Shown here in pieces: positions 30,903 to 40,832 of a DNA stretch of 64,000 nt. Both the position numbers and the translations under genes were made by a program. The DNA is from an uncultured Armatimonadia bacterium (GTDB lineage: Bacteria; Armatimonadota; Zipacnadia; CAVVLO01). Each line of letters opens with the position of its first letter. Position 1 is the first letter of the stretch. The stretch is taken from the NCBI GenBank assembly GCA_963749155.1, contig CAVVLO010000003.1, positions 224,001 through 288,000 of the forward strand, written 5' to 3'. Below the pieces are notes generated by a model. The model saw nothing but the letters and a program-made list of their open reading frames with translations. It had not been told where the DNA came from and made no database searches.

Positions 30903-32705
30903 ATGCTTAAGCTTTTAGCCCTGCTATTAGGTGCGCTGCCTCTGTTGCTGTCAGCTGCTGCCTGGCCCCTGGCCATCCCGCCCTATGCCCTTAATACCAC
31001 GCTGATGACTGCCACCGACGACCTGGGGCGCGTGCTGCCAACTGCCGAGGAGGCAGGTCCCGGCAAAGGCCACTATGTTGGGCTTTTCTACTGGCAGTGG
31101 CATACCGGGCTGCGCGCGCTGCCCGATTATGATGTGACCGAGTGGATGAAAACCCATCCTGGCTATATGGACTGGACGGCCCATCCCGAGGGCGGCCCTG
31201 ACTATCCTACCTGGTATTGGGCCGAGCCCATCTTCGGCTATTATCGCAGCGACGATCCCTGGGTTATCCGCAAGCAACTGACACTGCTTGCCCAGGCAGG
31301 GGTGGATTTCCTCTTCCTGGATTACACCAACGCCTCATGCTATGACGCTGAGCTTGACACGCTGCTTGCCGTTGCCAGTGAGCTGAAGCAGCAGGGGCTG
31401 TCCATCCCGAGGCTGACTTTCTTCCTCAACCACGAGCCGGACTGGAAGGCCGAGCATCTCTACCTGAAATACTACAAGCCCGGCAAATGGGATGACCTGT
31501 GGTTCATCTGGGACGGCAGGCCGCTGCTGATGGCAGCGATGCCAACTGACCCCGCCAAGCTGAGAGAGCAGCCCGAAGTGCTGCCGGAGCTGCAAAACTA
31601 CTTTACCTGGCGGCCGACCTGGGCGCTGCACGATGCCGCGAAGGCGCCGACAAAATGGCGGTTCATTGATGAGCATCCCCAGCGGCCGGCACTTGGCCCA
31701 GATGGCAAGGTAGAGCAGCTAATCGTGTGCAAATCAATGGGCGGGCCGCTCTGGGAGAATATGGTCAAGAACAGTGTCTCCTGCGTGCCAGGCTTCACGC
31801 CCGAGTATAACGACCAGTTCGTCTCCGAGCAGGCGCCGCTTGGGCTTTTCTTCGGGCAGCAATGGAAAGTCGCTCACGAGGTTGCCCCGCCCATCCTGCT
31901 GGTGACAGGCTGGAACGAGTGGACGGCCTCAGTGTGGGAGACCCCCGGCGTGAAGTTTTTGGGTCGGGTGACAGGACCAGGCCAGGGGCATATTGTGGAC
32001 GAGTTCAATATGGAGTTCAACCGCGACCTGGAGCCAATGGTAGGCGGTTACCGAGATAACTATTACTGGCAGTTCGTCGCCGAGATGAGGAAGTATAAGG
32101 GTATGGCGCCCCCGCCTGCGCCTTCTGAGCCCACGACCCTCCTGGTCGATGGCAAATTCGAGGACTGGCAAGGCGTGACTCCCCTCTACAAGGACGTGAC
32201 GGGCGACACCGCCTGGCGCGACTGGGCAGGCAATCCTGCCGGCGTCCACTACATCAACCAGTCAGGCCGCAACGACCTGGCTGAGGCGCAGGTCGCGCGA
32301 GATGAGAAGTCGGTCTACTTCCACATCAAGACGGCCCAGCCGCTTACCTCTGCCGAGGACTCTCAGTGGATGTGGCTGCTGATTGATACCGATAACGACG
32401 CGAAGACGGGCTGGGAGGGCTACGACCTGCTGGTGAACAGGCAGCGCAAGCCGGGCCAGGCCAGTATCGAAGTCAATACAGAAGGCGAGTGGCAGTGGGA
32501 CGCAGTCGCAGGCGCGCCGCTCGCGGTCGGCGAGGGCGAGCTGGAGCTAGCCTTACCGCGAGGCTACTTCGGCCCCGAGGGAAAGCCGCTGGACTTCGCC
32601 TTCAAGTGGGTGGACAACTGCCCTCAGGCGCCCGATGTGATGGATTTCTACACCCAGGGCGATGCCGCGCCTGATGCGCGCTGGAACTGGCTCTACTCGG
32701 AATAA
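30903..32705 (+). CDS. Secreted GH71/GH99-like uncharacterised glycoside hydrolase with C-terminal beta-sandwich
   Basis: Signal peptide; TDDLGR, GLFYWQWH, EPIFGYY.SDD, AGVDF, DGRPL and VTGWNEW. Confidence 0.7.
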   Translation: MLKLLALLLGALPLLLSAAAWPLAIPPYALNTTLMTATDDLGRVLPTAEEAGPGKGHYVGLFYWQWHTGLRALPDYDVTEWMKTHPGYMDWTAHPEGGPDYPTWYWAEPIFGYYRSDDPWVIRKQLTLLAQAGVDFLFLDYTNASCYDAELDTLLAVASELKQQGLSIPRLTFFLNHEPDWKAEHLYLKYYKPGKWDDLWFIWDGRPLLMAAMPTDPAKLREQPEVLPELQNYFTWRPTWALHDAAKAPTKWRFIDEHPQRPALGPDGKVEQLIVCKSMGGPLWENMVKNSVSCVPGFTPEYNDQFVSEQAPLGLFFGQQWKVAHEVAPPILLVTGWNEWTASVWETPGVKFLGRVTGPGQGHIVDEFNMEFNRDLEPMVGGYRDNYYWQFVAEMRKYKGMAPPPAPSEPTTLLVDGKFEDWQGVTPLYKDVTGDTAWRDWAGNPAGVHYINQSGRNDLAEAQVARDEKSVYFHIKTAQPLTSAEDSQWMWLLIDTDNDAKTGWEGYDLLVNRQRKPGQASIEVNTEGEWQWDAVAGAPLAVGEGELELALPRGYFGPEGKPLDFAFKWVDNCPQAPDVMDFYTQGDAAPDARWNWLYSE

Positions 32706-33157
32706 CCGAGCTGCTTGCCGGTAAGCTCTGTGACGCGCACCTGGATCACCAGAGTGCGCGCGAGGGCTTTCTCATCGAAGTGATAAGGGCCTGGGGTGAA
32801 CTTGCTCATCAGGCACTCAAGCCCTTTGAGCTTCTCGGCCGGGTCTTAATGAGTCGGGCGATGCCCTTCCCCATTACGCTCCGGTAGCGCATTGTCCAGC
32901 GGCAAGCGGGCTCGCCAGGCACAAGCTCCTGCTCAGCGACGACTGGCAAAGCCGACCTCGGGATTTTTCTTCAGCAAGTCTACCTTCTTGCCTTCGAGGG
33001 CCGAATGAAGCCACAAGGATTCGCCATCCCAACCGAAGGTCAGCGGCACAACGTAAGGGCCGGACTCATCCTGCATTGAGAGGAAGACCGTAGGCGCCTG
33101 CCTCATCAGGGCATCCAACAGCTCAGGAGCTGTTATCGCGCGGTCAGCTCTGCGCAC
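32693..33157 (-). CDS. Pyridoxamine 5'-phosphate oxidase-like flavin-binding protein (NimA-like); frameshifts near 32944 and 32847
   Basis: MRRADR, PYVVPLTFG, LHSALEGKK..NPEVGF; shifted frames give CRWTMRYRSVMGKG and DPAEKLKGL..LTGKQLGYSE*. Confidence 0.8.
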
Positions 33158-34499
33158 TGGCTTCCTCCAGCAGCGCCATCGTTTTCTGGTGGTGAGGGTT
33201 GGTCACCGCGCCCTGAAGCAGCGGATCGTCGGTCTCCTTCATCCAGGCGAAGAGCCTGGCGGCCAGCTTGCGCTTGATGGCCTGGTACTCGGGCTTCTCG
33301 GAAACGTTCTCAAGCTCCCACGGGTCGCGCGTAAGGTCGTAGACTTCAAGGTAATCGGTATACGACATCGCCTGATTCACGGGACTGACAGGATCGGAGA
33401 GAGGCCTCCAGCGCTGGGAGGGGTCCATAAAGGCCCGGCAGGTTGAGAAGTCGGCAATCAGCTTGTGGGTCTCCGTCCGGATAGCCCTGCGCGGGTCGTA
33501 ATGGTCGTGGTAGGTCAGCTCGGTGAAGACTTCGCGCCGCGGCTCGTAGGCCTCGCCATCAAGCAGCGGGCGGAAGGAACGCCCCTGGAGGTTCGATGGC
33601 ACTGGGAGCCCGACCACTTCCAGCAGTGTTGGCAGCACGTCGATATTCTGCACCAGATAATAGTGGGTGGCCCCGCCGTTCCAGCCGGCGCGGGTGGGCA
33701 TCCGCATCAGCAAAGCGACGGAGACCCCTGGCTCAAACAGGCTGCACTTGCTATGCGGCATCGCGATGCCGTGGTCGGTGGTGAAGATAATCAGCGTATT
33801 GTCCTCGATACCCAGCTCCTGCACCTTGCGCCAGATACGCCCGAACTGCTCGTCCACGTGTTTGACCGCGCCTTGCAGCCCGGCAAGCTCCTTGCGCGCC
33901 CCTTCGGTGTCCTGCAGGTAGCCTGGCACCTCGACACCGAGTTCAGAGTCGGGCTCGAGATGATTGCCAGGATAGCTGCAATCGCCAGGGGTATCTTCCA
34001 GGTCGGCCTCGGCCAGGCGATGGGGCTCGATACTGCCAACGCAAAGGAAGAAGGGCTGGTCTGGAGTCTCGGCATATTCCTCAAGCAGCGCGAGGGTCTG
34101 GTCAGCCATATCTTTTGCGAAAACTCCGCCATAATAGCGCTGATAGCCGCATCGCTCAGGGCGAGAGGCGGTCTCGTGGATGATCCCAACCGCCGCCGTC
34201 GAGTAACCGGCGTCCCTTAGGTACTGCGCGAGGTGTACTTCCTCGGGATGGAGATCCCAGGCAAATTTCGCGTGAGTAAGGCCCATAACGCCGTTGCTGT
34301 GAGGATAACGCCCCGTGAACAGCGCCGCGCGGGAAGGGCTGCAAGAGGGCGTCGTGCAGAAGCTATTGGCGAAGCGCACCCCCTGGGTGGCGAACTCGTC
34401 GAGGTTGGGGGTCTGCACGGTCGCGACCCCGTAACAATGGAGATACTGTCCCAGGTCATGGCAGTGGACGATGAGGATGTTCGGGCGATTCGAGGCCAT
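33144..34499 (-). CDS. Cys-type sulfatase (N-sulfoglucosamine sulfohydrolase-like)
   Basis: RPNILIVHCHDLG, CSPSRAALFTGRYPH, TTDHG and YDLTRDPWE. Confidence 0.92.
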   Translation of the reverse strand: MASNRPNILIVHCHDLGQYLHCYGVATVQTPNLDEFATQGVRFANSFCTTPSCSPSRAALFTGRYPHSNGVMGLTHAKFAWDLHPEEVHLAQYLRDAGYSTAAVGIIHETASRPERCGYQRYYGGVFAKDMADQTLALLEEYAETPDQPFFLCVGSIEPHRLAEADLEDTPGDCSYPGNHLEPDSELGVEVPGYLQDTEGARKELAGLQGAVKHVDEQFGRIWRKVQELGIEDNTLIIFTTDHGIAMPHSKCSLFEPGVSVALLMRMPTRAGWNGGATHYYLVQNIDVLPTLLEVVGLPVPSNLQGRSFRPLLDGEAYEPRREVFTELTYHDHYDPRRAIRTETHKLIADFSTCRAFMDPSQRWRPLSDPVSPVNQAMSYTDYLEVYDLTRDPWELENVSEKPEYQAIKRKLAARLFAWMKETDDPLLQGAVTNPHHQKTMALLEEASAQS

Positions 34500-34614
34500 C
34501 AGGCTCCCTCCGGATTCAGGCTGAGAGGGGATTCGGCGCCCGCAAGAAGCCTCCTGCCGGCAGGAAGCAAGCCTCTGACAGGGAAAGAGAAGCTAATTCC
34601 AGCGAGGTGGTCTT

Positions 34615-37117
34615 ATGTACAGGTTTTTGCTTCTGCTTCTACTACTAGGCGCTCTGGCCGGGACTGCTTGCGCGGGGCCGCGCCAGGTGATGTCGCTGGA
34701 TGGCCTCTGGCAGCTTGCCGAGGGCTCGATGGAAGCACCGAAAAGCGATTTCTCGACCACGGCGCCAGTGCCGGGCCTCGTGGATATGGCCGACCCCTAT
34801 CTGCCCGATGTAGGGGTAGAAGCCAGCACTCAGCGGCGAGAAGCTTTTTGGTATCGCCGCACCTTCAGCCTGCCTGGCGCAGTGCCCGAGGTCGCCTTGC
34901 TGAAGGTTAACAAGGCCTGCTACACCACGCGCGTCTTCCTCAATGGGCAGCTTGTCGGCGACCATGTCGGCAGCTTCACGCCTGGCTGGTTCGATCTGAA
35001 GCCGGCCCTGAAAGGCGACGGCGCCGAGAACGAGTTGTTGATTCGCGTGGGCGCGTGGCGCCATTTTATGCTTTCCGGCGTACCGGACGGCTACGATGGG
35101 GAGCGAATCAAATATATACCGGGTATCTACGATTCCGTCAGCCTCATCCTGACGGGCAGTCCTTTTATTGTGCGCGCGCAAGTCGTGCCCCAGCTTGAAA
35201 ACAATTCTGCTCGCGTGGTCACAGTCGTGAAGAACGTCGGTCCTGCGGAGGAGGTCGTCCTCACTGGACGCGTGCGAGAGGCCAGGACTGGCCGTATGGT
35301 CGGGCTGATGAAACTACGCCCCGAACGCGATTGCCGCCGGTGAAGAGCTGACTTTCGACTTCAGCGTGCCCCTCCGGGACTGCAAGCTGTGGACGCCAGA
35401 AGACCCCTTCCTCTACAGGCTGGAGCTTTCGACAGGAGCAGATGAATACTCGACCCGGTTCGGGATGCGCACCTTCGCCTTCGACCGCAAGCGAGGCTGC
35501 GCGCTGCTCAACGGCAAGCCCTATCCCCTGCGCGGCACCAATGTGTGCATCTTCCGCTTCTTCGAAGATCCGCTGCGCGAGAACAAGCCCTGGGATGCGG
35601 ACTGGGTGCGCAAGCTGCACGAGGCTTTCCGCTCGATGCACTGGAATAGTATCCGCTATTGCATCGGCTTCCCGCCCGAAGCCTGGTACGACATCGCCGA
35701 TGAGGTCGGCCTGCTGCTTCAGGACGAATATCCAATCTGGGGCATCGGCGTGCCCGAGCTAGTCACAATCGAGGCCCTGACCCAGGAATACACCGAGTGG
35801 CTCGAGGAACACTGGAACCACCCTTCGGTGGCTATCTGGGATGCCCAGAACGAGACCCAATGCGAGGTGACCGGGCAGGGCAATCGCCGCGGTGCGCCAT
35901 CTCGACCTGTCTGACCGGCCCTGGGACAATGGCTGGTCGCCCCCCGACAGGCCGACCGACGTCTTTGAAGCGCATCCCTATGCTTTCATCAACCCCGCTT
36001 TCGAGATGGCGGCTTTTGAGCGGCTGCCGGGCGGGCCTCGGCCAGGCGGGCTATCGGGCAACCCTATGCCCTACAACGGCAACCCGGTCATCATCAACGA
36101 GTATGGCTGGCTGTGGCTCAACCGCGATGCGACCCTGTCAGGCATCTCGCAGGGCTATGGTATTTACAATCGTTTCCTTGGAGCGGATTCGACCGCCGAC
36201 CAGCGACGCAACCTGTATGCGCGACTGCTTGCGGCCAAGACCGAGTTCTGGCGCGCCAAACGCGAGGTCGCCGGGGTGCTGCATTTCTGTGGGCTTCGGC
36301 TATTCCAGGCCCGGCGGAGCGACCAGCGACAACTTTGTGGATATCGAGCAGCTAGAGTTCGACCCGTATTTCTGGCGCTATGTGCGCGACGCTTTCGCCC
36401 CGGTCGGTCTGATGGTGGACTTCTGGCGCGAGGAGGCCCAGGGCGGCAAGCGCGAGGTAAAAGTCTGGGTGACCAATGACCTGCCGCACCGAGTGGAAGG
36501 GCGAGGTGACACTCAGCCTGCTGTCAGGGGAAACGGTGCTCTCCACTTCGACAAGGCATGTGAAGGTCGACGCCTGGCAGGCCAGTCCGTTTGCTTTTGT
36601 GGTCGACTTCCCTAAAGCACCGGGCAGTTACCAGCTTGTTGCAGAACTGACCGGTCAGGACGGAAAACCAGTCCGCAGCCTGCGCGATTTTGCCGTGCTG
36701 ACCGAGCAGGAACGGCTCGAGAAGTATGGCTACACCAAGGGCATAACTGCAAAAGCGTCTTCTGAGATCTTCATCTCGGATCAGCACTATCCCGCCAAAT
36801 ATGCCGTCGATGGGGATCCCACCACCCGCTGGTCGAGTGAGTTCGCCGATCCTCAGTGGCTTGAGCTGGACCTTGGAAAGCCGCAGACCTTCAGCCGAGT
36901 GGAACTCCAATGGGAGGTTGCTTGCGGCAAGGCCTATACGCTAAGCGTCTCTGATGACGGCCAGGACTGGAAGCAGGCCTACGCTACAAGCGCCAGCCCA
37001 GGCGGACTCGAGAAGATAAGCTTCGCACCTGTCACCGGGCGCTATCTGCGTTTCGATTTCACAGAGCGCGCAACGCGCTTTGGTTATTCGCTGTGGGAAG
37101 TGAAGGTGCTCCCATGA
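34615..37117 (+). CDS. Secreted GH2-family glycosidase with C-terminal F5/8-type C (CBM32); frameshifts near 35320, 35878, 36297 and 36487
   Basis: SLDGLW, WYRRTF, LWTPEDPFLY, FGMR, NHPSVAIWDAQNE, IINEYG; AVDGDPTTRWSS..PQWLELDLG..YSLWEV. Confidence 0.85.
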
Positions 37118-39691
37118 GGAGGCTCTTGATGCTTTGTTTCACTCTTATGCTGCTTCTGCTTGCGATTATCCCCGCAAGGGCGGGCATCACTGGCGACCAT
37201 CTGAGGCCGCCGGCTGTGCCGCTGGTCACGCACGACCCCTTCTTTAGCGTCTGGTCGCCCGCTGACAAGCTGACCGAGGCCGACTCAGTCCACTGGACGC
37301 GCCACGCGCATCCACTGCGCAGCCTCATCCGGGTGGATGGCGCTACCTTCCGCCTGCTGGGGGCTGAACCTGTAGCGATTCCAGCCTTCGAGCAGACAGG
37401 TCTCGAAGTGCGCCCAACGACCACGCTGGCCACCTTCGAGGGGCAGGGCGTGAGGGTGGAACTGTCCTTCTGCTCGCCGCTGCTGCCGGATGATTTGGAT
37501 GTGCTTTCGCGGCCTGTTACTTACATAACGTGGAAGGTCGCCTCGCTTGACAGCCAAGAACACTCGGTCCAGCTTTATTTCGAGGCCTCTCCCCTCCTGA
37601 CAGTCAACCAGCCCGACGAAGCGGTTGTTTGGGAGCGCGCCGAGGCAAAAGGGCTGGTGGCCTTGAAGACCGGCACCGAGACCCAGGCAGTGCTCGCTTC
37701 CAAAGGAGACGACCACCGCATCAACTGGGGGTATCTCTACCTGGCCGCGCCAAAAGAAGCTAGCCTGGCTTCTGCACTGACATCTGGGCCTCAGGCGAGA
37801 GAGCAGTTCAAGCAGTCTGGCGCTCTTCTGGCCAGGGACGATGAGCATCAGCCTCGACCTGCCAAGGCTGAGGAGCCGGTGCTGGCGCTGGCTTTCGACC
37901 TCGGCGATGTGACAGAGGTAGTGGAGCGCCATGCGCTGCTTGCATATGATGAAGAGTGGGCCGTCACTTATTTTGGACAGAGGCTGCGACCCTACTGGCG
38001 GCGCACCGGCAAGGACGCCGTCTGGTTGCTCGAACAGGCGGAAAAAGACCGTGAGGACCTTCTCGCGCGCTGCGAGCGGTTCGACACCGAGTTGATGGCC
38101 GACCTCACTGCCGCCGCGAGCGCCCAATATGCCGACATCGCGACGCTCTCCTACCGCCAGGCGCTGGCAGGTTGCGGGCTGGTTGCCGATTCGGCTGGCA
38201 AGCCGTTGCTCTTTCCGAAGGAGAACACCAGCAACGGGTGTATGGGCACGGTGGATGTCTTCTATCCTGCCGCCCCGCTGATGCTGGCGCTCTCCCCCGC
38301 GCTTGCGCGCGCGATGCTGGTGCCACTGCTCGACTACAGCGCCTCGGAGCGCTGGCCCTGGCCTTATGCGCCTCACGATATTGGGGTCTATCCCCTCGGC
38401 GAGGGGCAGGTATACGGGGGTGGAGAACGCACTGAAGAGGGCCAGATGCCGGTTGAAGAGAGCGCCAATATGCTGCTTTTGGTGGCGGCGACTTGCCGGG
38501 CCGAGGGCAGCGGCGCTTTCGCCAAAGAGTGGTGGCCAATCCTCTCCGAGTGGGCAGCCTACCTGCGCGAGAAGGGGTTCGACCCCGCCCATCAGCTTTG
38601 CACTGACGACTTCGCTGGGCCCTTCGCGCACAACGTGAACCTCTCGCTGAAGGCCATCCTGGCCCTGGGCGCGTATGCCCAGCTGGCCCAGCTCGTCGGC
38701 GATGAGTCCGAAGCGGTGGCTTCGCGCAATCTGGCCGAGCGTTTCGCCAAGAGGTGGCTGAAAGAGGCGGACGAGGGCGACCATTATCGCCTGGCCTTCG
38801 ACCAGCCTGGCACCTGGAGCACGAAATATAATCTCATCTGGGACGGTATCCTCGGTCTGGGGCTTTTCCCGCCCGAAGTCGCGGCGAAGGAAACCACGTG
38901 GTATCGTCAGGTCGCCCACGAGTATGGCACCTCACTGGACAGCCGCAATGAGTTCGCGAAGACCGATTGGGCGCTTTGGGCGGCTTCGCTTGCGCCCGAT
39001 GAGGAGACCTTCAGCGCGCTGGTAGACCCAATCTGGCGCTTCCTGAACCAGGTACCCGAACGCAATCCCATCACCGACCTCTACTGGGTCAAGACCGGTC
39101 ACGAGGCCGCAATGCACGCGCGGCCAGTGATGGGCGGCGCCTTCGTCAGACTGCTGCAGGAGCCGGCCCTCTGGGCCAAGTGGGCCGGGCAGGGCGAAAA
39201 GGAACTCGGCCCCTGGGCGCCCTTCCCGAAGCCGCGCAAGTGGCAGCCGCTCGTGCCGACAGCAGAGCAGGAGCCACTGCGTCTGGCGCTACACCACCGA
39301 GCAGCCGGCAGAGGGCTGGTGGAAGCCAGATTTTGATGATTCTGCCTGGGCAGAGGGCCCCGCAGGCTTCGGAGTGCCAGGCACGCCCGGGGCTATCGTG
39401 GGCACAGAGTGGCGCACGCCTGACCTCTGGATTCGCCGAGTTTTCGATGCGCCCAGGCCCAGGGGAGAGCTGGCCCTGCGGATGCACCACGATGAGGACG
39501 CCGAAGTGTATCTCAACGGCGCGCTGATTGCCCGCCTGCCAAGTTATACCTTCGACTATGAGAACGTCGCGCTGACTGAGAAGACTCGCAAGTTGCTGCG
39601 CGAGGGGGCCAATCTGCTGGCTATCCACTGCCGCCAGACCGCAGGTGGACAGTATATAGACGCGGGCTTCTCCGAGTGGCTGGAGGACTGA
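37114..39691 (+). CDS. Secreted DUF4965/DUF5127 ('glutaminase GtaA'-like) six-hairpin protein with C-terminal jelly-roll module; frameshift near 39280
   Basis: LRPPAVPLVTHDPFFSVWS, KENTSNGCMGTVDV, APHDIG.YP, MPVEESANM, QLCTDDFAG and KYNLIWD. Confidence 0.85.
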
Positions 39692-39695
39692 GTTT

Positions 39696-40832
39696 TTGCC
39701 AGACTATCCCACTGCAGCAGCCAAAGCACAGCTCTGGGCGGATTATTCTCTCCGCCAGAATCGCCGGGTGCCCTTCCTCTTCTCGGTGGACGAGGCAGTC
39801 TGGACGCAGGTCGCAGGCAGCAGCTTCAAGCGTTTCTATCTCGATCCGCAAGAGCATCTGCGAGTACAACTTGAGGGACTGGCCTGGATGGCGGAGCAGC
39901 TTCCGGGCGATCAGGCGGGCGGGCTGCCGGACCGGTGGACAGTGGGCGTCCGCGACTGGATGGAGGAAAACACCGCTTTCGGCTGCCAGGTTATCTACCA
40001 GGAGGATGACTACGCCTGGGGTTTGCCACTGTCCCTCGGCCAGGACGCACTACTCGGTCATCTGACCGACCTTGATATGGAAGACCAGGTGCGCCGGCAT
40101 CCGTCCCTGCGCCTGTGGGAGGGGCTTTGCGAGCTGACGGACGGGCTGACCTTCCGGGACCGGCCGGTCGAGGTAGCCCCGCCGCTCTTCGGTACGCACG
40201 GGCTCTTCACCAAGGCGGCCGAGTTGCGCGGGCTGGAGCAGCTTTGTCTGGACCTGGTGGACGCGCCGGCCTTCGCGGAGGAGTATCTGAGGTTGTTTAC
40301 CGAGAAGACTCTGGAGCGGATGCGCGCCTGGCATCGCGTTACGCTTGGGACGGAGCCCGACTGGCCGAATCCTTATGGCTATGGATTCGCGGACGACTCG
40401 TTGCAGTTGCTCTCACCGGCTCTCTACCAGCAGTTCGTGCTGCCCTGTCATGAGCATTTTTACAAGGCGCTAACCACGGGGGCGCGTTCGATGCACCTCT
40501 GCGGGTACGCAGAGCAACACTTTGAGGCCTTGCGCTGGCAGCTTGGCATCACGCTGCTGGATGGCCCCGGCCCGTTTGTGCATCATGCGAAGTGGCTGGC
40601 CCGGCTTGGGCCGGACTTCGCCTTCAACGCGCAGGTGGACCATTCCGTGCTGATGGAAGGCACCCCCTCGCAGGTCCGAGAGCATGTTCGACAGTTGCTT
40701 GCGCCGGGGGCGAAGCTACCAGGGCGGTTTCAGGTGCTTGGTTATCTGGTCCGCCAGACGCCACTTGCCAACGCCTGGGCCTGTTATGAAGCGGGGCTGG
40801 ATTTTGGAAGCTGTGAGGAGGCGCCCCTATGA
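39696..40832 (+). CDS. Uroporphyrinogen decarboxylase / MtaA-CmuA methyltransferase family protein
   Basis: GLFTKAAELRG.EQLCLDL, ADD..LLSP.LYQQFVLP, MHLCG, GTP..V and TPLAN. Confidence 0.75.
   Translation: MPDYPTAAAKAQLWADYSLRQNRRVPFLFSVDEAVWTQVAGSSFKRFYLDPQEHLRVQLEGLAWMAEQLPGDQAGGLPDRWTVGVRDWMEENTAFGCQVIYQEDDYAWGLPLSLGQDALLGHLTDLDMEDQVRRHPSLRLWEGLCELTDGLTFRDRPVEVAPPLFGTHGLFTKAAELRGLEQLCLDLVDAPAFAEEYLRLFTEKTLERMRAWHRVTLGTEPDWPNPYGYGFADDSLQLLSPALYQQFVLPCHEHFYKALTTGARSMHLCGYAEQHFEALRWQLGITLLDGPGPFVHHAKWLARLGPDFAFNAQVDHSVLMEGTPSQVREHVRQLLAPGAKLPGRFQVLGYLVRQTPLANAWACYEAGLDFGSCEEAPL

Noticed and set aside
37285..38919. Long antisense ORFs (also 4569-5720, 25250-26548, 53398-54729)
   Set aside because: Shadows of well-supported genes on the opposite strand in GC-rich DNA; no recognisable motifs.
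37114..39691. True glutaminase function
   Set aside because: The name is transferred from fungal GtaA; the six-hairpin fold, appended jelly-roll and GH2 operon context point to glycan activity, so the function is left open.
39696..40832. hemE / heme biosynthesis (also 61403-62503)
   Set aside because: No RQAGR motif and no tetrapyrrole context; only the fold family is supported.
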